A stretch of DNA of 32,000 bases. It comes from Bacillus subtilis subsp. subtilis str. 168. Lineage in GTDB: Bacteria; Bacillota; Bacilli; Bacillales; Bacillaceae. Shown one piece after another: positions 22,882-32,000 of this stretch (its first letter is position 1; the number at the start of each line of letters is the position of its first letter). A program made the position numbers and the translations under genes. The notes beneath the pieces are model-generated. The model did not search any database, had not been told where the DNA came from, and saw only the letters and a list, made by a program, of their open reading frames with translations. The stretch is from the NCBI RefSeq assembly GCF_000009045.1, contig NC_000964.3:2610001-2642000 (forward strand), written 5' to 3'.

Positions 22882-23229
22882 TTATTGATTCATATCCCGT
22901 ATCCATTCATACATTGACTGGGCAGTATTGGTTACGGTGTCCGAAAGCGCTTTTCCGGCTTTTGAAAACATATTGAATGTCTCCACCTTTTCCAGCTCTT
23001 TTTGTTTTTCTACTAAATCTTTTGCCGTGACTGTTTCTCCTAGGATTGAGGCTTCTTTTTCATTATCTTTTCCGTCGGTGAGCGTAAACGCCCCCTTCAG
23101 TGAAGGGTCATGATAGCCTTTCATACTCAGCATCCCGTGGTTTGCCTGCTGCATGCCGAACAGAACGCCTAAAAACATGATCGTGACAAGCAGTAAGCAC
23201 TTTCCAAAGTATGCAATCAAATCAACCAC
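22882..23229 (-). CDS. yqxA: YqxA, small membrane-anchored protein of unknown function (DUF3679-like)
   Basis: 115 aa, N-terminal TM, located immediately downstream of spoIIP. Confidence 0.85.
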   Translation of the reverse strand: MVDLIAYFGKCLLLVTIMFLGVLFGMQQANHGMLSMKGYHDPSLKGAFTLTDGKDNEKEASILGETVTAKDLVEKQKELEKVETFNMFSKAGKALSDTVTNTAQSMYEWIRDMNQ

Positions 23230-23236
23230 CTATTTC

Positions 23237-24442
23237 TTATTGTTTTTTCGTCTCCCCGCTCGCTGCGTTGACCTTTTCAGCATCCCAGTACATTTCGCTG
23301 AATACGTCCGCGGCCGCGTTAGCCGCACGCTGCAGCTCTTCGAGATTATTATCCACTCCGCCAAACTCGAGCAAAAGCGCTCTATCGGTTAAATCCTGAT
23401 TGTAAACACCATTATCGCCTGGCGAGCCTTTGGAAAAGACACCTGTGCTAAGTCCGGGGTATTTTTTCTCCATCAGTTTATGAAGCTCACTCGCAATTTT
23501 ATAGTTTTCTTCGAAGTTTTTGCTTTTTTTCCCGACGACAAAGGCTACCCTGGCATAGCTTTTCCCTTTAATCGTTGCGGTTGTGTCTTTTTTGCGCCGA
23601 GAGTCTCTGTGGATGTCAATGATATATTGCAGATTTTTGTTTGAAGCGAGGGCGTCTTTCACGACCGGCCTTGATTCATCATAGGACCTGGCATAGTTTA
23701 AGCCTTTTTTATTCAATTTTGACTGTATATCGGTTTTATTCACTGTGGCTCCGATTCCCTGGGATTCAAGCGCTTGTCCGAACATATCTCCTACAAGCGT
23801 GACATTGGCTTTAGAATGGCGCGCCATGTCAGGATCGGTCTCGCCTTTTAATAGAGGGAGATATGATTCCGTATTGTGCGTGTGATAGATAAACACGACC
23901 TTTTTATCACCTGTTGTTTGTTTCGGCGGATCTTTTTGCGCATTATCTGATTGCGTTTGCTGTTTTTCAATCTCTGCCAAATTCGCTTCTCTTTCTTCCT
24001 CCATCACCTTAGACGGCGGCGGCGATTCCGCAGGCATATTCGTATAATCCGTTCCTTGTCCAGCTAACAAAATCTCGGTATCAAATTGTGCAAATCCTGG
24101 CAGCTCCCGACCGAGAAAGCTCCGCGGATCTTCGAGGTTAATGCTCGTCGCCAGCTTTAAAGAAAGACGAGAAAGATGAAATGAGCTGTCTGTTTGAGAG
24201 AGGTCAGAAGCGAAATAATGGTTTTCCATCTGCAGCAAATGTGCAAATACGTCACCCGGCAATTCTTCAGCAATCCCATAAAAAGAGTCAGACGACGGCC
24301 TAAGTTCCGGCCGGAGAGACGTCAGCACACCGGATAGAACAAAAATCACGATAAGGCTTACGATAAATAGAAAGATGGCTTTTACCGCTTTCCCTCCATT
24401 TACCGCAACAACAATCTGTCTGTTTCTGCGTTTATTTCTCAT
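23237..24442 (-). CDS. spoIIP: Stage II sporulation protein P (SpoIIP), cell wall amidase/endopeptidase
   Basis: FIYHTHNTESYLP, IDIHRDS, FSKGSPGDNGVYNQDLTDRALLLEFGGVDN. N-terminal TM. Confidence 0.97.
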   Translation of the reverse strand: MRNKRRNRQIVVAVNGGKAVKAIFLFIVSLIVIFVLSGVLTSLRPELRPSSDSFYGIAEELPGDVFAHLLQMENHYFASDLSQTDSSFHLSRLSLKLATSINLEDPRSFLGRELPGFAQFDTEILLAGQGTDYTNMPAESPPPSKVMEEEREANLAEIEKQQTQSDNAQKDPPKQTTGDKKVVFIYHTHNTESYLPLLKGETDPDMARHSKANVTLVGDMFGQALESQGIGATVNKTDIQSKLNKKGLNYARSYDESRPVVKDALASNKNLQYIIDIHRDSRRKKDTTATIKGKSYARVAFVVGKKSKNFEENYKIASELHKLMEKKYPGLSTGVFSKGSPGDNGVYNQDLTDRALLLEFGGVDNNLEELQRAANAAADVFSEMYWDAEKVNAASGETKKQ

Positions 24443-24504
24443 TGAATCCCTCCAGCGCTTGTCTAGTAATTACTCTATGAACAAGCTAGAGGAAGTAGAA
24501 CTGT

Positions 24505-25611
24505 TTAGTGATTGTAGGAGCCTTTGTTTTCTTGTGACACTTTTTCATGAAGCGCTGTGTTTAATCCGTTCGCTAAAACATTTGCCATATCGTCGATAAA
24601 TGAATCGACTTCCTTCGGTGTAACCATTAAGTTGTGCCCTAAAGGCGAAAGCACCTCGTGAATGAGCTGCCGTTTTTCATCTTCTTGAAGGGTTCCGACA
24701 ATACCTAGGAACGATTGGCGCTGCTTTTGATCGGGAAGATCGTCTTCAGTGAGCACTTTCTTTTTCCCAAACGTCATGCCTGCCGGAACAAGCGATCTTG
24801 ATGGCCTGTTATCCTTCATTTCTCTGCCAAAATGTTTTAATATGTAGTCCACCGTGTCGCTGGCAATTGTCACGGCATCAACTACTGTCGGAACACCGAT
24901 AGCAATCACCGGAACACCAAGCGTGTCTTTGCTTAAATCTTTTCGTTTATTCCCCACTCCAGACCCCGGGTGAATGCCTGTATCCGATATTTGAATGGTT
25001 GTGTTGACCCTTTCCACCGCCCGCGCCGCCAACGCATCAATGGCGATGACAAAATCAGGCTTCGATTGCTCAATCACACCTTTAATAATGTCACTTGTTT
25101 CGATTCCTGTTATCCCCATTACACCCGGTGCAAAAGCACTGACAGGCCTGTAACCCTCCTGTACGTTTTCCGGCTGAAGCTTAAACAAGTGCCTTGTTAC
25201 CAACAGATTTTCTACTGCCATCGGTCCAAGCGCATCAGGTGTCACGTTCCAGTTGCCGAGCCCAACGATCAAACAGCTCGCATCTTTTGAGATATTAAGG
25301 TTTTCAAGAAAAGCTGAGAATTCCTCCGCAAAGACAGCAGAGACCTTCTCCTGCATTTCCGAATCATTCTCCCTGATTCCCTGTGCTTCAAGCGTTAAAT
25401 AGCGCCCTTCTTTTTTTCCCGAAAGCTCTGCGCCTTCCTTTGTAACATCAACTGTGCGGATTTTAATGCCGCCGTGATCACGCTCTTTTTCAATAAAGCC
25501 TTTAATTTCTTTTGTCGGCACAGCCTGCTGATTGGCCATTGCTTCCTTCGTTTCCACTGCCAAATCGGTCCGTATCAAATACTGATTCACATCCAGCTCA
25601 CTCTTTTTCAT
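24505..25611 (-). CDS. gpr: Germination protease GPR
   Basis: [10 protein letters not shown] propeptide region, [32 protein letters not shown]. 368 aa. Confidence 0.98.
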   Translation of the reverse strand: MKKSELDVNQYLIRTDLAVETKEAMANQQAVPTKEIKGFIEKERDHGGIKIRTVDVTKEGAELSGKKEGRYLTLEAQGIRENDSEMQEKVSAVFAEEFSAFLENLNISKDASCLIVGLGNWNVTPDALGPMAVENLLVTRHLFKLQPENVQEGYRPVSAFAPGVMGITGIETSDIIKGVIEQSKPDFVIAIDALAARAVERVNTTIQISDTGIHPGSGVGNKRKDLSKDTLGVPVIAIGVPTVVDAVTIASDTVDYILKHFGREMKDNRPSRSLVPAGMTFGKKKVLTEDDLPDQKQRQSFLGIVGTLQEDEKRQLIHEVLSPLGHNLMVTPKEVDSFIDDMANVLANGLNTALHEKVSQENKGSYNH

Positions 25612-25710
25612 ACAGGGGCCTCCTTCACATTAAGTACCTATATTGTTGCCATTTGCTGAATAAATCATGCTAAAAAGAGAACCTTCAATGAAAAATACTT
25701 TACATTTATA

Positions 25711-25739
25711 TTGCAATCTAAAGGTGTGTTTGATAGAAT
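25711..25739 (+). promoter_or_regulatory. Sigma-A promoter for rpsT
   Basis: TTGCAA (25711-25716), 17-nt spacer, TAGAAT (25734-25739), with extended TGA before the -10. Confidence 0.7.
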
Positions 25740-25802
25740 ACAATTTGTTCTATTGTGAAGAAGATTTAACCTTAAGACACTGTGCTACAGGTTGTATCTT
25801 AG

Positions 25803-26081
<279 letters not shown>

Positions 26082-26084
26082 TAT

Positions 26085-26116
26085 AAAAACGATCCTCAAT
26101 AATGGGGATCGTTTTT
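26085..26116. terminator. Bidirectional terminator between convergent rpsT and holA
   Basis: Perfect 11-bp AAAAACGATCC (26085-26095) / GGATCGTTTTT (26106-26116), 10-nt loop containing the holA stop codon. Confidence 0.93.
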
Positions 26117-27139
26117 TTCATTTCTTTTTAACAGCTGTAAAAGGAACAGTTCGAGCAGGAGCTGCTTGTCCTTTTTCCCGGTTTTCATCTCATAGTCCAT
26201 GACGGCAAGCTGTTCAATAATTAAACGGAGCTCCTCCTCTGAAAAAAGCCTTGCTTGATCCATCGCCAGCTTTACCCGAAATGGGTGAACTTTTAGATTA
26301 GAAGCGATTTGTTTTTGTCCGTATCCCTGTTCCGCGAAGTACTTCGTCTGCAGAATCAGCCGGAACTGATTCGAAATAAGCGCCATAATTTTGATCGGTT
26401 CTTCATTTTGTTTTAGCAAATCATAAAAAATTTGCAGACTCTCTGTTCGTTTTCGGTTGACGATTTTATTGATCAGCTCAAAAATATTTTGTTCAAGGCT
26501 TCTAGCAACAAGCATTTTTACATCATCCAGCGTAATTTCTTCACGATCTCCAATAAACGTGCAGAGCTTTTGAATCTCCTGAAAAATCGATGACAGATGA
26601 CCGTTCACAAGCAGAACCAAATGCTCCGCCGCTTCCGTGCCGATTGTTTTCTGCTCTGTTTTTGCAAGGTTGACAGTAAAGTCTGTCGTTTCCTTTGCAT
26701 TTAATTCCTTCGCCTCCATCATAAACGCGTGCTTCTTTAACGCTTTCGTCAGCTTTTTTCGCTCATCAAGCTTTTCATACGGAGCAAGCAGGACAAAGAC
26801 TGTGTAAGGCGCAGGTGATTGTATATATGATTCAAGCGCACTGACGTTGTGCTCAATTTTTTCTTTTTTCTTTTCACCTGTTAAAAAATATGGATTTTTC
26901 ACAATGACAAGACGCCGCTCCCCCATAAACGGAAACGTTTCAGCATCTGCAATCGCTTGATCCAGCGGGTCCTCTTCCAGATCAAAAACGGACAGATTGA
27001 AATCCTTTGTCTCCTGATCAACGACCGTCTGTCTGATCCTGCTGACGGTTTCTTGCAGCAGATATGTCTCTTTTCCGTATAAACAATAAACCGGATGGAC
27101 CTCTCCTTTTTTCAGGCTTTTCCACACATCAAATACCAT
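26096..27139 (-). CDS. holA: DNA polymerase III subunit delta (YqeN/HolA)
   Basis: 347 aa. HolA-like N-terminus VYCLYGKETYLLQET and ISNQFRLILQTKYFAEQGYGQKQIA. Confidence 0.94.
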   Translation of the reverse strand: MVFDVWKSLKKGEVHPVYCLYGKETYLLQETVSRIRQTVVDQETKDFNLSVFDLEEDPLDQAIADAETFPFMGERRLVIVKNPYFLTGEKKKEKIEHNVSALESYIQSPAPYTVFVLLAPYEKLDERKKLTKALKKHAFMMEAKELNAKETTDFTVNLAKTEQKTIGTEAAEHLVLLVNGHLSSIFQEIQKLCTFIGDREEITLDDVKMLVARSLEQNIFELINKIVNRKRTESLQIFYDLLKQNEEPIKIMALISNQFRLILQTKYFAEQGYGQKQIASNLKVHPFRVKLAMDQARLFSEEELRLIIEQLAVMDYEMKTGKKDKQLLLELFLLQLLKRNEKNDPHY

Positions 27140-27368
27140 TGTTGTACGACTTCCTCTCTTTCATCATCCCCTTCTATCCTAAATTGAGTTTGCAAAATAG
27201 TAAAGAGGAAGCCTGACTGCTGCTTCCCCATTTATATTAAACGCCTGTTCGCAAGCCCCCGGGACAGCTTGTAAAAAGGCGATAATCACCAGAACAGAAA
27301 ACGTTACCTTAGCTTCTAGATTTTTCAAAACAATTCCATTATACTTAAGTCAGTCAGGAGGGATAAAG

Positions 27369-27503
27369 TTGAATGATTTTGAAAAAAACGTTCAAAGCAA
27401 ACGAAATGATGCTGTAGATTCAGCTGTTGGTTTTGTTGTGTCCTTCGGATTTTTCGCCTTCTTGTTTGTCATGGCAACGGTTATTCACCTAGTTGGTTCA
27501 TAA
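27369..27503 (+). CDS. yqzM: Small membrane protein YqzM
   Basis: Not in the ORF track. TTG start after AGGAGGG translates to MNDFEKNVQSKRNDAVDSAVGFVVSFGFFAFLFVMATVIHLVGS* (44 aa), with its own terminator just downstream. Confidence 0.9.
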   Translation: MNDFEKNVQSKRNDAVDSAVGFVVSFGFFAFLFVMATVIHLVGS

Positions 27504-27507
27504 CAGC

Positions 27508-27544
27508 GACTGCCCGGGCTGCTGATTTCTCGGCAGTCTTTTTT
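27508..27544 (+). terminator. Terminator of yqzM
   Basis: GACTGCC (27508-27514) / GGCAGTC (27532-27538) followed by TTTTTT. The T-tract overlaps the comEC stop codon. Confidence 0.8.
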
Positions 27545-29873
27545 AGTTCGTCTCTGTTATATCTGATGTATCATATGGAGGATAGACAGAAAAGGTTCCA
27601 ACTCTGTTTTTGTATCTATATTGGATCGTTCCGTTTTGATCTGTTCGCAGCACGCGGATAGAATGTCTCTGTAATAGTTGCAGAACTTTTTGATGAGGAT
27701 GATGGTACCGATTGTTTTTCCCGGCTGAGATAATGGCCGTTTTCGGCTGAAGCTGTTGGATGAATTCTTCACCGGTAGAGCCTTTGCTCCCATGGTGCCC
27801 CACCTTTAACACATCTGCTTTTATATTCGGAAACACGTTCATCACCTCTTGTTCCCCTTCTTTCTCCAGATCACCCGTCAAGATCCAGCTCATACCGCCC
27901 GTCTCCATCCACAGAACGAGAGATGAATTATTTTTGCTTGCCGGATCAGGTGCTTCCGGTGACAGTACATGGAACTGCAAATCCTTTATTTGCAACACAT
28001 CGCCTCGCTTCACCTCTTCAATTGCCACTCCCTCTTCCCTGGCTGCCTGCAGCACTTTCTCATCTTTAGGTTCAGAAACGAACCCTTTCGGAATCACGAG
28101 GCGCTTTACTTTATGATGCTTCAGCAGAATCTCCGCCTCTCCGATATGATCTTGGTCAGCGTGCGTCAGAATTAAAGCGTCAAGCTGCTTGATTCCCTTA
28201 GCAGTTAAAAACGGAATCAGCACCTTTTCCCCCAGTGAAAACGGATGCTGTTTTTCGCGCCAAGGCTCTGACGAGTAAGACAAAGTGCCGCCGGTATCAA
28301 TTAAGACACGACCCCGCTGATGCGGAGCACCTACAAACATGCTGTCACCCTGTCCAATATCTATCATATCCACTTCTCCTTCGGAACTAAGACACGGATA
28401 TATAAAGAGCAGAAACATCACCGTGCAGCAAATGCCTCCGGTTACCATCAACTGCGACAAGGAGCGTTTTTCAATCGCCATAAGCAATAGGATGATCGTG
28501 ACTGTGAATAAAAAAAGCAAAACAGGTGCAGGATGTGCGATCATAATCGTGAACACATCAACATCTGCAATGTTTGTGATTAACCTATTGATCCAGCTTA
28601 TCAATAAATCAAACCAGCTGAAAAACAATCTCCCAAACGAAGCGGAAAGACTTAATAGAAGAACACCTGCTACAGCTCCCGGCAAAATACAGAAGGTATA
28701 AAATGGTACCATCAACATATTCATCGGTACGCTGATGATAGAAAACTGATGAAAATGATATAGGAGAATCGGAAGCGAGCCCAGCTGAGCGATGAGTGAT
28801 ACAATTGTCAGCTGCCCCAAGGAGGTTTTAACCTGCTGAAAAATAGAAGAGGATAGAATTAAAGAAAAACTGACGGCGAACGATAGCTGAAAACCGGCTT
28901 CAAAGAGATGATAAGGATTGAAGAGCAGAAGGACGATGTACGAAAGGCAAATTGCAGTTGCAGAGCGGACACGCCATTTGACAAGACTTCCAGCTAAGTA
29001 AACACCCGACATGAGAGCGGCGCGTAGCACTGAAGGAGCAGCGCCGGTCAACATCACATAGAGCGGCAGAAATAACAGCAACAGAATTGACGCCTTTTCT
29101 CTAGTTATACCAAGGCGGATCATGATATAAAACAAACCTGCTGTCAAAATCCCCACGTGGAGTCCTGATATTGCCAAGAGATGGACAACACCAAGCTTTT
29201 GATACGCGGTAAGCACTTCATCCTCCACGTAAAATCTGTCACCAACTGTAAGTGCCTGTACAATCCCTGTCGAATCAGGAGGCAGAAGGCTGTTTGTGAA
29301 TGATATGATATGTTTTCTCAAGCTGAGCACCTTGTACTTGAAATTTTCAGGTTCGCTGCAGTTTTGGATAGACGTGACAGAGTAGTTCCAATGAATATGC
29401 TGCCGATAAAGATACTCGTTATAATCAAATGCACCCGGCACAGTTGCGTGATTCGGTTCTTCCAATGTACCAGTCAACTCACATGACATTCCTGGTTCTA
29501 TGTATAACAGCTGTTCTTTTTCACCAGCAGACTGAATGCGATACGCAGCAGCCCATTTTTCCTTATCAGGTGTCTCAACCATCATAGACATACGGTCGCC
29601 GTCAATTTTGGGAATAGTGTCAATCACTGCCTTGAATTGATAGGTTCCCTGCCGATAGGAAGAGACATTCTGAGAATCTGTGACTGCATACAGTACAAAA
29701 AACAATATAAAAGAGAAGAAACAAACAATAATAAGAAAAGCGTGCCTCGTTTTGATTAAAATGATGAGGAGAAAGAGGATGAAAAGAAAAATAGCGGGGA
29801 AATAAGCGGCGGCAGTAATTCCAGCCGTTGCCGAAGCTGCCGCCATAGGCAATAATAAGCGCGAATTACGCAT
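27543..29873 (-). CDS. comEC: DNA uptake channel protein ComEC/Rec2
   Basis: 776 aa with competence-domain TMs (LLAISGLHVGILTAGLFY), MBL-fold domain DIGQGDSMFV...LTHADQDHIGE...KVGHHGSKGSTG. Confidence 0.98.
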   Translation of the reverse strand: MRNSRLLLPMAAASATAGITAAAYFPAIFLFILFLLIILIKTRHAFLIIVCFFSFILFFVLYAVTDSQNVSSYRQGTYQFKAVIDTIPKIDGDRMSMMVETPDKEKWAAAYRIQSAGEKEQLLYIEPGMSCELTGTLEEPNHATVPGAFDYNEYLYRQHIHWNYSVTSIQNCSEPENFKYKVLSLRKHIISFTNSLLPPDSTGIVQALTVGDRFYVEDEVLTAYQKLGVVHLLAISGLHVGILTAGLFYIMIRLGITREKASILLLLFLPLYVMLTGAAPSVLRAALMSGVYLAGSLVKWRVRSATAICLSYIVLLLFNPYHLFEAGFQLSFAVSFSLILSSSIFQQVKTSLGQLTIVSLIAQLGSLPILLYHFHQFSIISVPMNMLMVPFYTFCILPGAVAGVLLLSLSASFGRLFFSWFDLLISWINRLITNIADVDVFTIMIAHPAPVLLFLFTVTIILLLMAIEKRSLSQLMVTGGICCTVMFLLFIYPCLSSEGEVDMIDIGQGDSMFVGAPHQRGRVLIDTGGTLSYSSEPWREKQHPFSLGEKVLIPFLTAKGIKQLDALILTHADQDHIGEAEILLKHHKVKRLVIPKGFVSEPKDEKVLQAAREEGVAIEEVKRGDVLQIKDLQFHVLSPEAPDPASKNNSSLVLWMETGGMSWILTGDLEKEGEQEVMNVFPNIKADVLKVGHHGSKGSTGEEFIQQLQPKTAIISAGKNNRYHHPHQKVLQLLQRHSIRVLRTDQNGTIQYRYKNRVGTFSVYPPYDTSDITETN

Positions 29874-29876
29874 TCA

Positions 29877-30446
29877 TCACACGTAGCTCGTGAAAAGTGT
29901 ATTCGCCTGTTCATGTATCTTTTTCAATTCTTCCTCCGCTAAACCGGCATCAGCCAATTTCCCTATTAGACCCGCTACAAATGAAAGCTTTTCTCTGTTT
30001 TTCAGATCAACGATCATTTCATCGAGTTCAACCTGTTCAACAGTTACACCCGCCTGTTCAAATAATTCCTGCGCATACGGATGTGTTTTGTAATCCTCAG
30101 CATAATAAACCGTTTTGATACCAGCTTGAATAATAGATTTGCAGCATTGAATGCACGGATAATGCGTCACATAAATCTCGGCTCCATCAGTCGGCACCCC
30201 AAACTTAGAGCATTGAAGAATCGCATTCATTTCAGCGTGAATGGTTCTTGCGCAATGATCATCTATCATTAAGCATCCTTCATCTGCACAATGTACGCCG
30301 CCCGCGATTGACCCATTGTAGCCTCCTGCTATCATGCGTTTGTCTCTGACTATAGTAGCGCCGACAGATAATCTCGGACATGTGCTGCGCAGCGCCAATA
30401 AATGGCTTTGAGCCATAAAGTATTGATTCCATGAAATTCGTTCCAC
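29877..30446 (-). CDS. comEB: ComEB, dCMP deaminase family protein
   Basis: Zinc deaminase motif IHAEMNAILQC...YVTHYPCIQCCKSII. 189 aa. GTG start after GGAGGG. Confidence 0.97.
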   Translation of the reverse strand: MERISWNQYFMAQSHLLALRSTCPRLSVGATIVRDKRMIAGGYNGSIAGGVHCADEGCLMIDDHCARTIHAEMNAILQCSKFGVPTDGAEIYVTHYPCIQCCKSIIQAGIKTVYYAEDYKTHPYAQELFEQAGVTVEQVELDEMIVDLKNREKLSFVAGLIGKLADAGLAEEELKKIHEQANTLFTSYV

Positions 30447-30512
30447 GTTGTTCCCTCCAAATGTTGTGTTGCCTGACCTTTAGTTTACCTATCATAATGC
30501 ATGACCGTCAAA

Positions 30513-31130
30513 TCACTTTACTGTAATGGAAGACTTTATTTTCTCAAATGACTTTTCACCTATTCCTGAAACCTTAGTGATATCTTCAATTGTTTGGAAA
30601 CGACCGTTTTCCTCCCGGTATGCAATAATAGCTTCAGCTTTGGATGGCCCCACCCCTGAGATGCCTTGTAACTCCTCTAAGGTTGCTGTATTGATATTCA
30701 CCAGCGCTCCCTTCCCTCCATCGCTTTGGACAGACCCTCCGCCACCTTGCTGCACTGCTGTTTCCTCTCCCTTTTTCGGGATGTACACCACTGTCCCGTC
30801 CTGCAGAATCTCCGCCAAATTTACTTGCGCTTCGTCTGCTTGTTCACTGGTCCCGCCCGCTTTCTCAATTGCCTGAGATACTCTGTCCCCTGTTCGCATT
30901 TCATAAACGCCAGGATGCTGAACAGCACCTTTGATGTCTATCACAATTGTTTCGTTTGACTCGTCGTTGTTTGCTTCCTGCTTTACCACTGTATTTTCTG
31001 TCTCTGTTGGTACAGCTTGCTTCACCGGCTCTTTATTTTTCCCTGTGGCCAGAAAGATCATAATCGCTGTGAAAACAGCCGCAGAAGCCGCTAAAATAAT
31101 TGCTTTCTTATGCTGATTCAACCAATTCAT
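30513..31130 (-). CDS. comEA: DNA receptor ComEA
   Basis: N-terminal TM anchor, SLBB-like domain (VDIKGAVQHPGVYEMRTGDRVSQAI), C-terminal helix-hairpin-helix (VNINTATLEELQGISGVGPSKAEAIIAYRE). Confidence 0.98.
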   Translation of the reverse strand: MNWLNQHKKAIILAASAAVFTAIMIFLATGKNKEPVKQAVPTETENTVVKQEANNDESNETIVIDIKGAVQHPGVYEMRTGDRVSQAIEKAGGTSEQADEAQVNLAEILQDGTVVYIPKKGEETAVQQGGGGSVQSDGGKGALVNINTATLEELQGISGVGPSKAEAIIAYREENGRFQTIEDITKVSGIGEKSFEKIKSSITVK

Positions 31131-31213
31131 CGTGCATGTTCCCCGCTTTCGTCATATTTTATTTTCATAACACATATGGTTTAGAGGATAATAGCTCAAA
31201 GGAGGGGAAACCA

Positions 31214-32000
31214 TTGAAGATAGGCTTTATCGGCACAGGAAATATGGGTACGATCCTTATCGAATCATTTATTGAATCAAAAGCGGCCGATCCCTCAAAC
31301 ATGACAATCACAAACCGCACAATTGAAAAAGCGTTGCACATAAAAAACCGCTACAACAGCATAAACGTTACCGAAAGTCTCGAAAAGCTCGTTTCTGAAA
31401 ACGAGATGATTTTTATTTGTGTTAAGCCGCTTGATATATATCCTTTACTGGCAAGAGCGTTACCTTATTTAAGAAAAGATCATATTCTCATTTCAATTAC
31501 AAGCCCCGTTCAAACCGAACAGCTCGAACAATATGTGCCGTGTCAAGTGGCGCGAGTGATCCCAAGTATTACGAACAGAGCGCTGGCAGGTGTTTCTCTC
31601 GTCACTTTCGGCACAAGCTGCGGCGAATCTGCAAAAGCGAAAATCAATGAGCTGATGCAGCATATCTCTCATCCGCTGCAAATTGAAAGTGACATCACGA
31701 GGGTTGCATCAGACATCGTAAGCTGCGGCCCCGCTTTTATGAGCTATCTGATTCAGCGGTTTATAGATGCAGCTGTTTCGGAAACATCAGTGTCTAAACA
31801 GGACGCGATTTTGATGTGTAAGGAAATGCTTGTCGGAATGGGAAAACTGTTAGAAACCGAATTGTATACCCTGCCTGCATTACAGGAAAAGGTTTGCGTT
31901 AAAGGCGGTGTAACAGGAGAAGGCATTAAAGCGCTGGAAAGCGGTGTGCAGGATATGTTTCACCGGGTATTTCAAAATACTCATATGAAGTACGAGGAGG
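31214..32000 (+). CDS. comER: ComER, pyrroline-5-carboxylate reductase (ProC)-like protein, 3' end outside the window
   Basis: TTG start after AAAGGAGGGG. Translates LKIGFIGTGNMGTILIESFIESKAADPSNMTITNRT..., with Rossmann GxGxMG. Divergent from comEA. Absent from the ORF track because it is open to the window edge. Confidence 0.93.
   Translation, partial: MKIGFIGTGNMGTILIESFIESKAADPSNMTITNRTIEKALHIKNRYNSINVTESLEKLVSENEMIFICVKPLDIYPLLARALPYLRKDHILISITSPVQTEQLEQYVPCQVARVIPSITNRALAGVSLVTFGTSCGESAKAKINELMQHISHPLQIESDITRVASDIVSCGPAFMSYLIQRFIDAAVSETSVSKQDAILMCKEMLVGMGKLLETELYTLPALQEKVCVKGGVTGEGIKALESGVQDMFHRVFQNTHMKYEE

Noticed and set aside
25612-25700. Possible sigma-F/G promoter before gpr (GCATG ... 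CAATATA on the minus strand)
   Set aside because: Spacing between the elements is about 20 nt and the core matches are weak. Forespore control is expected from biology, but I cannot place it confidently.

Overview
The window is a conserved chromosomal segment that I recognise from protein sequence and gene order as Bacillus subtilis-group. No database was searched. The gene order is: era, cdd, dgkA, ybeY(yqfG), pgpH(yqfF), phoH(yqfE), yqfD, yqfC, yqfB, floA(yqfA), yqeZ, yqeY, rpsU | yqeW(+) | mtaB(yqeV), rsmE(yqeU), prmA(yqeT), dnaJ, dnaK, grpE, hrcA, hemW, lepA, yqxA, spoIIP, gpr | rpsT(+) | holA(yqeN) | yqzM(+) | comEC, comEB, comEA | comER(+, runs off the end). Most genes are on the minus strand. 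I see no CRISPR array, tRNA or rRNA gene, prophage, IS element or defence island, and no convincing undescribed multi-gene system. The items worth a second look are small. They include a 44-aa gene (yqzM) missed by the ORF track, a divergent cryptic 49-codon ORF and hairpin upstream of holA, and several intercistronic terminators, some overlapping stop codons. There is also a sigma-W-type promoter before yqeZ-floA-yqfB, a perfect CIRCE element before hrcA, hairpins at hrcA/grpE and dnaK/dnaJ, and several corrected start codons.
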